Source: Acidimicrobiales bacterium
GTDB taxonomy: Bacteria > Actinomycetota > Acidimicrobiia > Acidimicrobiales > GCA-2861595
Direction of reading: 5' to 3'
Assembly: GCA_036262515.1 (NCBI GenBank)
Contig: DATAIT010000127.1
Span: 20,901 to 84,900, forward strand
Length of the DNA: 64,000 bases
Shown here: one piece after another, positions 56,604 through 64,000 of the stretch
Layout: each line of letters opens with the position of its first letter
Position numbering within the stretch: position 1 is the stretch's first letter
Translations under genes and position numbers: made by a program
The notes under the pieces: model-generated
The model's input: only the letters and a program-made list of their open reading frames with translations
What the model was told of the DNA's origin: nothing
Database searches by the model: none

Positions 56604-57050
56604 TCAGAGTCCGGTGGAGCCCATGGGCGGTGCGGCCGGTGCCTCTCCCGCCTCCTTGCGGTACATGAAGCCGCCGTACGCCATGGCCGCACCCAGCAGG
56701 ATCCCGAGGTAGGCGCCGAAGCCGAGGAAGTCCGTCTCGGCGACGAGCTTGATCACCAGCAGGGCGATCACGGCGATGCCCGCGAAGAACATGGCCTGGC
56801 CGAGGGGGATCGGGAGGTCGGGCACCTTGGCGGTCGTGAAGCGGGTGGCGACGACCACCGCCACCATGGCGAGGGCGACCAGCATGGCCAGGACGCCCCA
56901 GAAGCCGTTGGGCGACTCGATGCCGCTCCGGGACACGCTCACGATCCCGAGGTCGATCTTGTGCCACGGGAAGAGCAGGAGATCGAGGATCAGCACGATC
57001 CCGGCGCCTCCGATGATCTTCTCGCCCATGGTGAGCTTGCTCAGATCCAT
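56604..57050 (-). CDS. Hypothetical 4-TM membrane protein
   Basis: ATG at 57050 with 'gaaggggg' upstream. Four hydrophobic helices. The ORF-track start at 57140 is less likely. Confidence 0.6.
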   Translation of the reverse strand: MDLSKLTMGEKIIGGAGIVLILDLLLFPWHKIDLGIVSVSRSGIESPNGFWGVLAMLVALAMVAVVVATRFTTAKVPDLPIPLGQAMFFAGIAVIALLVIKLVAETDFLGFGAYLGILLGAAMAYGGFMYRKEAGEAPAAPPMGSTGL

Positions 57051-57211
57051 GACGCCCCCTTCGGTGCGGTGCCGAACCGGCACTCTGGTCTTCAGTTCGT
57101 GCACAAGTGAACCATGCGCAGGACGGGCGCGCGTGGACACCGCCCGTGCGAGCCCGGCCCGGAGGCGGCGCCGGACACGAGGCGGGGACGGCGCCGCCTA
57201 ACCTCGCCGCC

Positions 57212-58876
57212 ATGCGAGGCCACGTGAAGATCCGTCGCGCCCGGCTGGTCGTCACGTACTGCGTCCTCGCCGTCGCAGCCGCCGCCACCACGCCGGCGGC
57301 CGGGGCCAAGCCGCGCAAGCCGCCCAGCCCGCCGCGGGGGTGGGTCGTCGACCGGGCCCGCTTCGAGAACCTCTCGCCCGGCGGGTTCGTGCGCGCCGCG
57401 GCCACCGGCGACCTCCGCGGCGTCCTCGACGCCGTCCCCGCAGGCGGCGGGGTGGCCCTGGTGAACGAGCTTCCGCTGGACGACTATCTCAAGGGAGTGG
57501 CCGAGGTGCCGGCGAGCTGGCCGGCGGAGGCGCTCCGGGCCCAGGCCATCGCGGCGCGGACCTTCGTCCTGCACGAGATGCACAAGGACGCCGACTCGGC
57601 CGCCCGCAGCGTGGGGGCCGACATCTGCGCGACGCAGGCGTGCCAGGTGTACATCGGCGTGGGCAAGGAGCGCTCCGACCACGGCGAGCGGTGGGTGCAG
57701 GCGGTGGAGTCCACGCACGACCAGGTCGTCCTCTACAAGGGTGAGCCCATCCTCGCCCAGTACTCGTCGTCGAACGGCGGGCGCTCGGTCGCCGGCGGCC
57801 GGCCCTACCTCAAGGCGGTGAACGATCCCGACAGCGCGCGCGGTCCCTACAGCCACTGGGTGGTGGCGCTCGGGTACGGGCAGCTCACGGCCGCCTTCGG
57901 CCTCCCTGCGCCGTTGGCCAGCCTCCGCCGCACCGGCGATGCGGTCGTTCTGGACTGGGGTGCGCCGAACGGGTCGTCCGGCCAGACGGTGGTGCCCGTC
58001 CAGGCCTTCCGGGACCGCCTCAACGAGACGGTCCCGCCCCCCGGCGACCTGCCCCGGGCCGTGCCGTCCACCCAGTTCTCGGTGCTGGCCGACGACCAGA
58101 CGGGCACGGCCACCCTGGACGGCCGGGGCCACGGCCACGGCATCGGCATGAGCCAGTTCGGCGCCCTGGCCAAGGCGGTGCGGGGCCTGCGGGCCACCGA
58201 CATCCTGGCCAGCTACTACGGCGGGCTGCGGCCGGTCACCGTCCCTGCGGACACCCTGCCCACGGCCGTCCGCGTGGCGCTCGACGCGCCCGGAGGAGCG
58301 GTGACGGTTGGCGGCACCGGGCGGTTCCGGGTGCTCGACGGCTCGGGCTCCCCGCTGGCCGTGGCGGCCAGCGGGACGTGGCGGGTCGTGGGCGCCGGCC
58401 GCGGCAAGGTCCGGGTGATCCCGCCCCTCGACCAGGAGGCGGCCCCGGCGGTCGACAGCCTCGCCGTCGCCGGTCCCGACGTGGTCGGCCCGGCCGGCCA
58501 GGCGCGCGTCCTCCTCCGCTCGGCCGCCATGGTGCACCTCCACGTCGAGGGCGCGGCCCTGCCGGCGCCCGCCGAGACGGCGGCCCAGCTGGTGGAGCCG
58601 GGCGAGACGACCCTGCCCCTGCCGCCGCTGTCGGGGCCCGGGCGCTACGTCGTCACCGTGGCCGCCGACGCCGGCGCCGGACGCGTCACCGCCGTATCGG
58701 CCCCGCTCCGGGTGCGGTCGATCGTGCCGGCGACCAGCCGCAGCGCCTTCGCGGGCCCGCCGGGGGCCAGCCTGCCCCGCCCGGCGGCGGTCGCCGTCGG
58801 CCTCCTCATGGCCGTCCTCGTGGGCCTTCGCAGGCTCTCGGACGGCGGCGTCGGTTGGGGTCCGCCCACGAAGTAG
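57212..58876 (+). CDS. SpoIID/LytB domain-containing protein with a C-terminal TM anchor
   Basis: ATG at 57212 gives the signal '[24 protein letters not shown]'. '[30 protein letters not shown]' and '[11 protein letters not shown]' SpoIID motifs. Confidence 0.8.
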   Translation: MRGHVKIRRARLVVTYCVLAVAAAATTPAAGAKPRKPPSPPRGWVVDRARFENLSPGGFVRAAATGDLRGVLDAVPAGGGVALVNELPLDDYLKGVAEVPASWPAEALRAQAIAARTFVLHEMHKDADSAARSVGADICATQACQVYIGVGKERSDHGERWVQAVESTHDQVVLYKGEPILAQYSSSNGGRSVAGGRPYLKAVNDPDSARGPYSHWVVALGYGQLTAAFGLPAPLASLRRTGDAVVLDWGAPNGSSGQTVVPVQAFRDRLNETVPPPGDLPRAVPSTQFSVLADDQTGTATLDGRGHGHGIGMSQFGALAKAVRGLRATDILASYYGGLRPVTVPADTLPTAVRVALDAPGGAVTVGGTGRFRVLDGSGSPLAVAASGTWRVVGAGRGKVRVIPPLDQEAAPAVDSLAVAGPDVVGPAGQARVLLRSAAMVHLHVEGAALPAPAETAAQLVEPGETTLPLPPLSGPGRYVVTVAADAGAGRVTAVSAPLRVRSIVPATSRSAFAGPPGASLPRPAAVAVGLLMAVLVGLRRLSDGGVGWGPPTK

Positions 58877-59118
58877 CGGCGCCGGGGTGCGGCGCCTCGT
58901 CGGCGTGGGGTTCGTCGCGCCGCTCCGGTTCCCGCCGCGACGACGCGGCGGGGAGCCGCATCGGCACGACGGCGACCCGCGTAGGTCGACGCGTCCTACA
59001 CTGGCCGTGCCTGCCCCGACCGGGGGAGGAGTTCCGACCCGCCCCGTGCCACCCACGGTCGCCGCTGGTCAGCGGCGCGACACGACGGCATCCAACCAAC
59101 CGTGGGAGGGGAGCGCAC

Positions 59119-60201
59119 ATGCCCGTCGTCACCATGAAGCAACTGCTGGAGGCCGGCGTCCACTTCGGTCACCAGACCCGGCGCTGGAACCCGAAGATGA
59201 AGCGGTTCATCTTCGGCGAGCGCAACGGCATCTACATCATCGACCTCAACCAGACGCTCCAGCGCATCGAGGTCGCATACTCGTTCGTGCGGAACATGGT
59301 CGCCGGCGGCGGCAGCATCCTCTTCGTCGGCACCAAGAAGCAGACCCAGGATCCCGTCGCCCGCTTCGCCGCCCAGTGCGGGATGCCCTACGTCAACGAG
59401 CGCTGGCTGGGCGGGATGCTCACCAACTTCTCCACGATCAGCGGCCGGGTCAAGAAGATGACGGAGTACGAGCGCATGAAGGCGGCGGGCGACTTCGAAG
59501 CCATGCCCAAGAAGGAGGCGCTCATCCTGAGCCGGGAGCTCGAGAAGCTCCAGCGCAACCTGGGCGGCATCCGCGGGATGACCCGCCTCCCCGAGGCGGT
59601 CTTCGTCATCGACACGAAGAAGGAGCACATCGCCGTCACCGAGGCGAACAAGCTCGGGCTGCCCATCGTGGCCGTGGTCGACACGAACTGCGACCCCGAC
59701 GTCATCGACTACGTCATCCCGGGCAACGACGACGCCATCCGTGCCGGGTCGCTCATGTGCCGGGTCATCGCCGACGCCGTGGAGGAGGGCCGGTTCATCG
59801 CGTCGCGCAAGGCGGTGAGGTCGGCACCCGCCGGCGGCCCGGCCCCTGCTCCCCCCGATCCCGAGGAGGAGGCGCGCCGCGCCCAGCAGCAGGCCGAGGC
59901 CCGGCGCCAGGCCGCCGTCCAGGCCCAGGAGCGCGAGGCACGCCTGGCCGCCACCCGTGTCGCCTACGGGGAGGTCCCGGAAACCGCCCCGCCCGAGGCC
60001 GCCACCGCCACCGCCCAGCCGGAGGCTCCGCCGGAGTCCGCGGCGCCCGAGCCCACCGCGGCGCCGGAATCCGCGATGGCGCCCGAGTCCGCGCCCGAGG
60101 CACCGGAGCCACCCACCGGCGAGATCGCCGAAGAATCCGCCGACGCAGGAGCCGCCGGCTCGCCGGCCGAATCGGCATCATCCGTCGGGGAGGAGAGCTA
60201 G
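59119..60201 (+). CDS. rpsB: 30S ribosomal protein S2 with a ~100-aa Ala/Pro/Glu-rich C-terminal tail
   Basis: ATG at 59119 after 'gggagggga'. '[22 protein letters not shown]'. Confidence 0.95.
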   Translation: MPVVTMKQLLEAGVHFGHQTRRWNPKMKRFIFGERNGIYIIDLNQTLQRIEVAYSFVRNMVAGGGSILFVGTKKQTQDPVARFAAQCGMPYVNERWLGGMLTNFSTISGRVKKMTEYERMKAAGDFEAMPKKEALILSRELEKLQRNLGGIRGMTRLPEAVFVIDTKKEHIAVTEANKLGLPIVAVVDTNCDPDVIDYVIPGNDDAIRAGSLMCRVIADAVEEGRFIASRKAVRSAPAGGPAPAPPDPEEEARRAQQQAEARRQAAVQAQEREARLAATRVAYGEVPETAPPEAATATAQPEAPPESAAPEPTAAPESAMAPESAPEAPEPPTGEIAEESADAGAAGSPAESASSVGEES

Positions 60202-60203
60202 TC

Positions 60204-60998
60204 ATGGCCGAGTTCTCGGCGAAGGACGTGCAGCGGCTCCGGCAGACCACCGGTGCCGGGATGATGGACGCCAAGACGGCGCTGGTCGAGAACGCCGGCG
60301 ACTTCGAGGCCGCCGCCAAGTGGTTGCGCGAGAAGGGCCTCACGTCGTCGGCCAAGCGGGAGGACCGCGAGAGCAGCCAGGGCGCAGTCGCCGTCGTCCG
60401 GTCGGGCAACGTGGCCGCCCTCGTCGAGCTCAAGTGCGAGACCGACTTCGTGGCCAAGTCACCCGACTTCGTGGGCCTGGCCGACAAGCTGGCCCAGGCG
60501 GTGGCCGAGGGCGGCGAGGGCGCGGCCAAGGAGGGCCAGGACGAGATCGACGGGCTGAAGGTCACGCTCAAGGAGAACATCCAGCTGGGCCGGGTCGAGC
60601 GGGTGGAGGCCGCCGAGGGGGACGTCCTCGACACCTATCTCCACGTGCAGAACGGCCGGGGGGTCAACGGCGTGCTCGTCGAGCTGTCCGGCGGCACCGA
60701 GGAGCTGGCCCACGACATCGCCGTCCACGCCGCCTTCGGCAAGCCGAGGTACGTCACCCGCGACGAGGTGCCGGAGAACCTGGTCGCCGAGGAGCGGGCG
60801 ACGCTCGAGGCCCAGGCCCGCAACTCGGGCAAGCCTGAGGCGGCCCTCCCCAAGATCGTCGAGGGCATGCTGACGGGCTGGTACAAGGATCACGTGCTGC
60901 TCGACCAGCCGTTCGCCAAGGACGACAAGAAGTCCGTGGCCCAGGTGCTCGGCGACGCCAAGCTCGTGCGTTTCGCCCAGGTGGTCGTCGGCGGTTGA
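60204..60998 (+). CDS. tsf: Elongation factor Ts
   Basis: ATG at 60204. 'VQRLRQTTGAGMMDAKTALVENAGDFEAAAKWLREKG' UBA-like N-terminus. Confidence 0.95.
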   Translation: MAEFSAKDVQRLRQTTGAGMMDAKTALVENAGDFEAAAKWLREKGLTSSAKREDRESSQGAVAVVRSGNVAALVELKCETDFVAKSPDFVGLADKLAQAVAEGGEGAAKEGQDEIDGLKVTLKENIQLGRVERVEAAEGDVLDTYLHVQNGRGVNGVLVELSGGTEELAHDIAVHAAFGKPRYVTRDEVPENLVAEERATLEAQARNSGKPEAALPKIVEGMLTGWYKDHVLLDQPFAKDDKKSVAQVLGDAKLVRFAQVVVGG

Positions 60999-61062
60999 CG
61001 GGTCACGCCGGCCGGTCGGCAGGCCCGGCTCCGGTCCGACATCCCGGAGGCCCGGCGCACCG

Positions 61063-61788
61063 ATGACCACTGCCCGCTGGCGCCGCGTCGTCCTGAAGCT
61101 GTCGGGAGAGGCGTTCGCCAGCGCGGCCTCCGACGAGACCATCGACGGCACCGTGGTCGACCGGCTGGCCGCCGAGATCGCCGCCGCCAGGGTCGAGCTG
61201 GACGTGGAGATCGCGGTCGTGTGCGGCGGCGGCAACATCTGGCGGGGCACCACCGGCACCGGGGCGGGCATGGACCGGGCCACCGCCGACTACATGGGCA
61301 TGCTGGCCACGGTCATCAACGGGCTGGCCCTCCAGGACGCGCTCGAGCGACACGGCCAGCAGACCCGGGTGCTCTCGGCCATCCAGATGGCCGAGATCGC
61401 CGAGCCGTACATCCGCCGCCGCGCCATCCGGCACCTCGAGAAGGGGCGGGTCGTCGTGTTCGCGGCGGGCATGGGCAACCCGTTCTTCACCACCGACACG
61501 CCGGCCGCCCTGCGGGCCGTCGAGATCGACGCCCAGGTCCTGCTCAAGGGGACGCACGGCGGCGTGGACGGCGTGTACTCGGCCGATCCCAGGCTCGACA
61601 AGACGGCCACCCGCTTCGACGAGATTACCTTCAAGGAGGTGCTCGACAAGGACCTGCGGGTCATGGACCTCACGGCGATCACCTTCTGCAAGGACAACGC
61701 CCTGCCCGTCCTGGTCTTCGACGTCATGACGCCGGGCAACGTCCGCAGGGCCCTCCTCGGCGAGCCGATCGGTACATTGGTCGGGTGA
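61063..61788 (+). CDS. pyrH: UMP kinase
   Basis: 'RVVLKLSGEAF', 'GGGNIWRG', 'VFAAGMGNPFFTTDT'. Confidence 0.95.
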   Translation: MTTARWRRVVLKLSGEAFASAASDETIDGTVVDRLAAEIAAARVELDVEIAVVCGGGNIWRGTTGTGAGMDRATADYMGMLATVINGLALQDALERHGQQTRVLSAIQMAEIAEPYIRRRAIRHLEKGRVVVFAAGMGNPFFTTDTPAALRAVEIDAQVLLKGTHGGVDGVYSADPRLDKTATRFDEITFKEVLDKDLRVMDLTAITFCKDNALPVLVFDVMTPGNVRRALLGEPIGTLVG

Positions 61789-62360
61789 GCGACGACGAAT
61801 CGCTGGTCGGCGCGGTCCTGGACGAAAGCCGCGAGAAGATGCACAAGGCAGTCGTCCACGCCCAGGCCGACTTCAGCACCGTGCGCACCGGCCGGGCGTC
61901 GCCCGCCATGGTCGAGAAGCTGAAGGTCGACTACTACGGCACGCCCGTGCCGCTCCAGCAGCTGGCGGGCTTCAGCGTCCCCGAGCCGAAGCTGCTCGTC
62001 ATCACCCCGTTCGACAAGGGCTCCATCAAGGCCATCGAGAAGGCCATCCAGCAGTCGGACCTCAACATCAATCCCGGCAACGACGGCGTCGTGATCCGGC
62101 TTGCCATCCCGCCCCTGACCGAGGAGCGGCGCAAGGAGATGGTGAAGGTCGTCAAGCACAAGGCGGAGGAGGCCCGGGTGGCGATCCGCGCCATCCGCCG
62201 CTCGGCCCGGCACGATCTCGAGAGCCTGGAGCACGACGGCGACATCACGGCGGACGACCTCGAGCGGGCCGAGAAGGAGATGGAGCGGGTCACCCACGAT
62301 CACGTGGCCGAGATCGATCGGATGCTCCACCACAAGGAGCAGGAACTGCTCGAGGTGTGA
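61785..62360 (+). CDS. frr: Ribosome recycling factor
   Basis: The GTG overlaps the pyrH TGA. 'FSTVRTGRASPAMVEKLKVDYYGTPVPLQQLA'. Confidence 0.95.
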   Translation: MSDDESLVGAVLDESREKMHKAVVHAQADFSTVRTGRASPAMVEKLKVDYYGTPVPLQQLAGFSVPEPKLLVITPFDKGSIKAIEKAIQQSDLNINPGNDGVVIRLAIPPLTEERRKEMVKVVKHKAEEARVAIRAIRRSARHDLESLEHDGDITADDLERAEKEMERVTHDHVAEIDRMLHHKEQELLEV

Positions 62361-63850
62361 TGGCCAATGGTCGCGAGCCGAGGGAGGACCTCGTGGACGA
62401 GAACGACGAGTTGGACGACGAGAAGACGGCGGGAGGCGGCGGGACCCGCCGCGGCGGTCGCAGGGCCGAGGGTGTGCGCATCATCGGCGCCGAGGAGGCG
62501 GCCCAGGCCCTGAAGGACGGGCAGGCGGCCGGTCGCAGACCGGACGACGCGCCGCGCTTCGGCGACGTGCCGGAGCGCCCGTCGGGGCCCAAGCCTGCGC
62601 AGCGCTTCCCCCTGCCGGGAGCCATGGACCCGGCGGAGGCGGTCGTCCGCCCGCCGGTGGCCGGGCCGCCGCCCGAGATGCCGCACTGGACGGAGCCTCC
62701 CAGCGGGGAGGTGCCCCGCATCTTCGACACGGGTCCCGAGGAGGACGCCGAGGACCTCGACGCGTGGTCCGGCCTGGCCGCCCGCGCCCCCCGCTGGCGG
62801 GACCAGGACTCCGACTGGGACAACTCCGACTTCGAGGACGTGGCTGCTCTGGGCGACGACGAGATGCGCCTCGGCGCCCTTGACGAGGGCCGCAGCGAGC
62901 ACTCCGACCTGTTCTCGTTCGACGACCCCGACCCCATGGAGTCGGAGGCCGAGCGCCCCTCGCCCGTCACGACCTCGATCCGGACCCGCCAGGCGTCGCC
63001 TCCCGACAACGCGGCCCTGGCCCCGGGCGCCGACCAGCGGGAGATGCGCACGGCCGTCGGGATAGGGGTGGCCATGGCCGTCGGGGCCCTCATCCTGTTC
63101 AAGGCGGGCCCCAAGCCGGCCCTCGTGCTGGTCACCGCTGTCGTCACCCTCGCCGCGGCCGAGGCGTACGACGTGCTGCGCCGGGCCGGGTACCGCCCCG
63201 CCACCCTGCTGGGCCTCATCGCCGTCGTCTCGCTCATGTTCGCGACCTACAGCGAGGGCGAGACGGCCATCCCGCTGATCATGGCCCTCACGGCGATCTT
63301 CACCTTCCTCTGGTACCTGTTCGGGGTCGTTCGCGCCCGGCCCACGGTGAACGTGGCGGTCACGTTGTTCGTGTTCCTCTGGATCGGGCTCCTGGGCTCG
63401 TTCGCCGCCCTCCTGCTGGCCCTGCCCGAGCGGGAGGGCATCGCCTTCCTGCTCGCCGCCGTGGTGGCCACCGCCGCCTACGACATCGGCGGCCTGTTCT
63501 TCGGCAGCCAGATGGGCAGCCGCCCGCTCGCGCCCGAGATCAGCCCCAACAAGACCCTGGAAGGGCTCCTGGGCGGGATGGCCACGACGGTGTTCGTCAC
63601 CACCCTGCTCATCGGCGTGCTGCCGGGCGTGTCGCCGTGGACCGCCGGCAAGGCCCTGGCGCTGGGGCTGGTGGTGGCCGTGGTGGCGCCCCTCGGCGAC
63701 CTGTGCGAGTCGATGGTGAAGCGCGACCTCGGTGTGAAGGACATGGGGACGCTCCTTCCCGGCCACGGCGGGGTGCTCGACCGCTTCGACGCCCTGCTGT
63801 TCGTCCTACCTGCCACCTACTACCTGGTCAAGCTGCTGAACCTCGCATGA
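62357..63850 (+). CDS. cdsA: Phosphatidate cytidylyltransferase with a ~230-aa acidic, low-complexity N-terminal extension
   Basis: C-terminal 'SPNKTLEG...[31 protein letters not shown]' CdsA signature. The first TM helix starts only around aa 232. The GTG/ATG overlaps the frr stop. Confidence 0.85.
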   Translation: MMANGREPREDLVDENDELDDEKTAGGGGTRRGGRRAEGVRIIGAEEAAQALKDGQAAGRRPDDAPRFGDVPERPSGPKPAQRFPLPGAMDPAEAVVRPPVAGPPPEMPHWTEPPSGEVPRIFDTGPEEDAEDLDAWSGLAARAPRWRDQDSDWDNSDFEDVAALGDDEMRLGALDEGRSEHSDLFSFDDPDPMESEAERPSPVTTSIRTRQASPPDNAALAPGADQREMRTAVGIGVAMAVGALILFKAGPKPALVLVTAVVTLAAAEAYDVLRRAGYRPATLLGLIAVVSLMFATYSEGETAIPLIMALTAIFTFLWYLFGVVRARPTVNVAVTLFVFLWIGLLGSFAALLLALPEREGIAFLLAAVVATAAYDIGGLFFGSQMGSRPLAPEISPNKTLEGLLGGMATTVFVTTLLIGVLPGVSPWTAGKALALGLVVAVVAPLGDLCESMVKRDLGVKDMGTLLPGHGGVLDRFDALLFVLPATYYLVKLLNLA

Positions 63851-63875
63851 GGTCTCGCCTCGGCGGGCTGCCCGG

Positions 63876-64000
63876 GTGACCACCACCGTCTCGCTCGTCG
63901 GGTCCACCGGGTCGATCGGGACGCAGGCGGTGGAGGTGGTCCGGGCCCATCCTGGGCGCTACCGGGTCGTCGCGCTGGCCGCCCGACGCTCGGTGGACAT
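63876..64000 (+). CDS. dxr: 1-deoxy-D-xylulose-5-phosphate reductoisomerase, N-terminal fragment (runs off the window)
   Basis: GTG at 63876. '[18 protein letters not shown]' NADPH-binding motif. Confidence 0.8.
   Translation, partial: MTTTVSLVGSTGSIGTQAVEVVRAHPGRYRVVALAARRSVD

Noticed and set aside
54709-57405. 898-aa ORF on the - strand
   Set aside because: It is antisense to the LytM-hydrolase gene. Only the short in-frame-independent membrane ORF 56604..57050 on this strand has coding character and an RBS.
58877-59118. Possible rpsB autoregulatory leader, promoter or terminator in the 242-nt spacer
   Set aside because: A GC hairpin right after the SpoIID stop ('ggcgccg...cggcgcc', ~58868..58886) has no U-tract. 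A 'TACACT' -10-like hexamer (~58996) has no credible -35. I know of no actinobacterial S2 leader model to compare against.

Overview
The window is a densely coding, high-GC chromosomal segment (about 70% by eye, not computed). Its gene content and order look actinobacterial. I cannot place it more precisely without a database search.

I support about 72 CDS, one coding tandem repeat and three hairpin terminators. I recognised no rRNA, tRNA, CRISPR array, transposase or integrase.

Most of the window is a housekeeping backbone:
- murF-like, ddl, a TrpB2-like gene, an ACT-domain gene and def
- pckG, then thiL-thiD
- rpmB divergent from a DAK2 gene and recG
- rsmD-coaD-(coiled-coil)-yceD-rpmF-plsX-acpP-rnc-mutM, then smc, ftsY and ffh
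- rpsP-KH-rimM-trmD-rplS-lepB-DUF2469-yraN
- yifB-dprA-whiG-like, then rpsB-tsf-pyrH-frr-cdsA-dxr

Many adjacent genes overlap by 1-4 nt (ATGA, GTGA), which suggests translational coupling.

The backbone is interrupted by accessory-looking pieces that carry the interesting content:
1. A 24.9-29.1 kb block sits between recG and a gluABCD-like transporter. It encodes a secreted collagen-like protein with 115 uninterrupted Gly-X-Y triplets. Convergent to it is a TPR lipoprotein plus GT2 glycosyltransferase operon, and the GC content there is visibly lower.
2. A Rieske-domain fusion protein is directly abutted to a GH1-like protein in which both catalytic glutamates appear substituted. This pair is divergent from a PIG-L / Fe-ADH / MhuD-like / VOC cluster.
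3. An orphan protein with two CdiI-type immunity-like repeats lies between mutM and smc.
4. A Cys-hairpin-repeat envelope protein lies between ftsY and ffh.
5. A degenerate LytM (M23) domain is fused to an alpha/beta-hydrolase. It sits next to a small membrane protein and a SpoIID-domain protein.
6. A matrixin plus Zn-ribbon gene pair is inserted antisense into yraN-yifB.

All family calls come from motif recognition by eye in the supplied translations. None was verified by a search.
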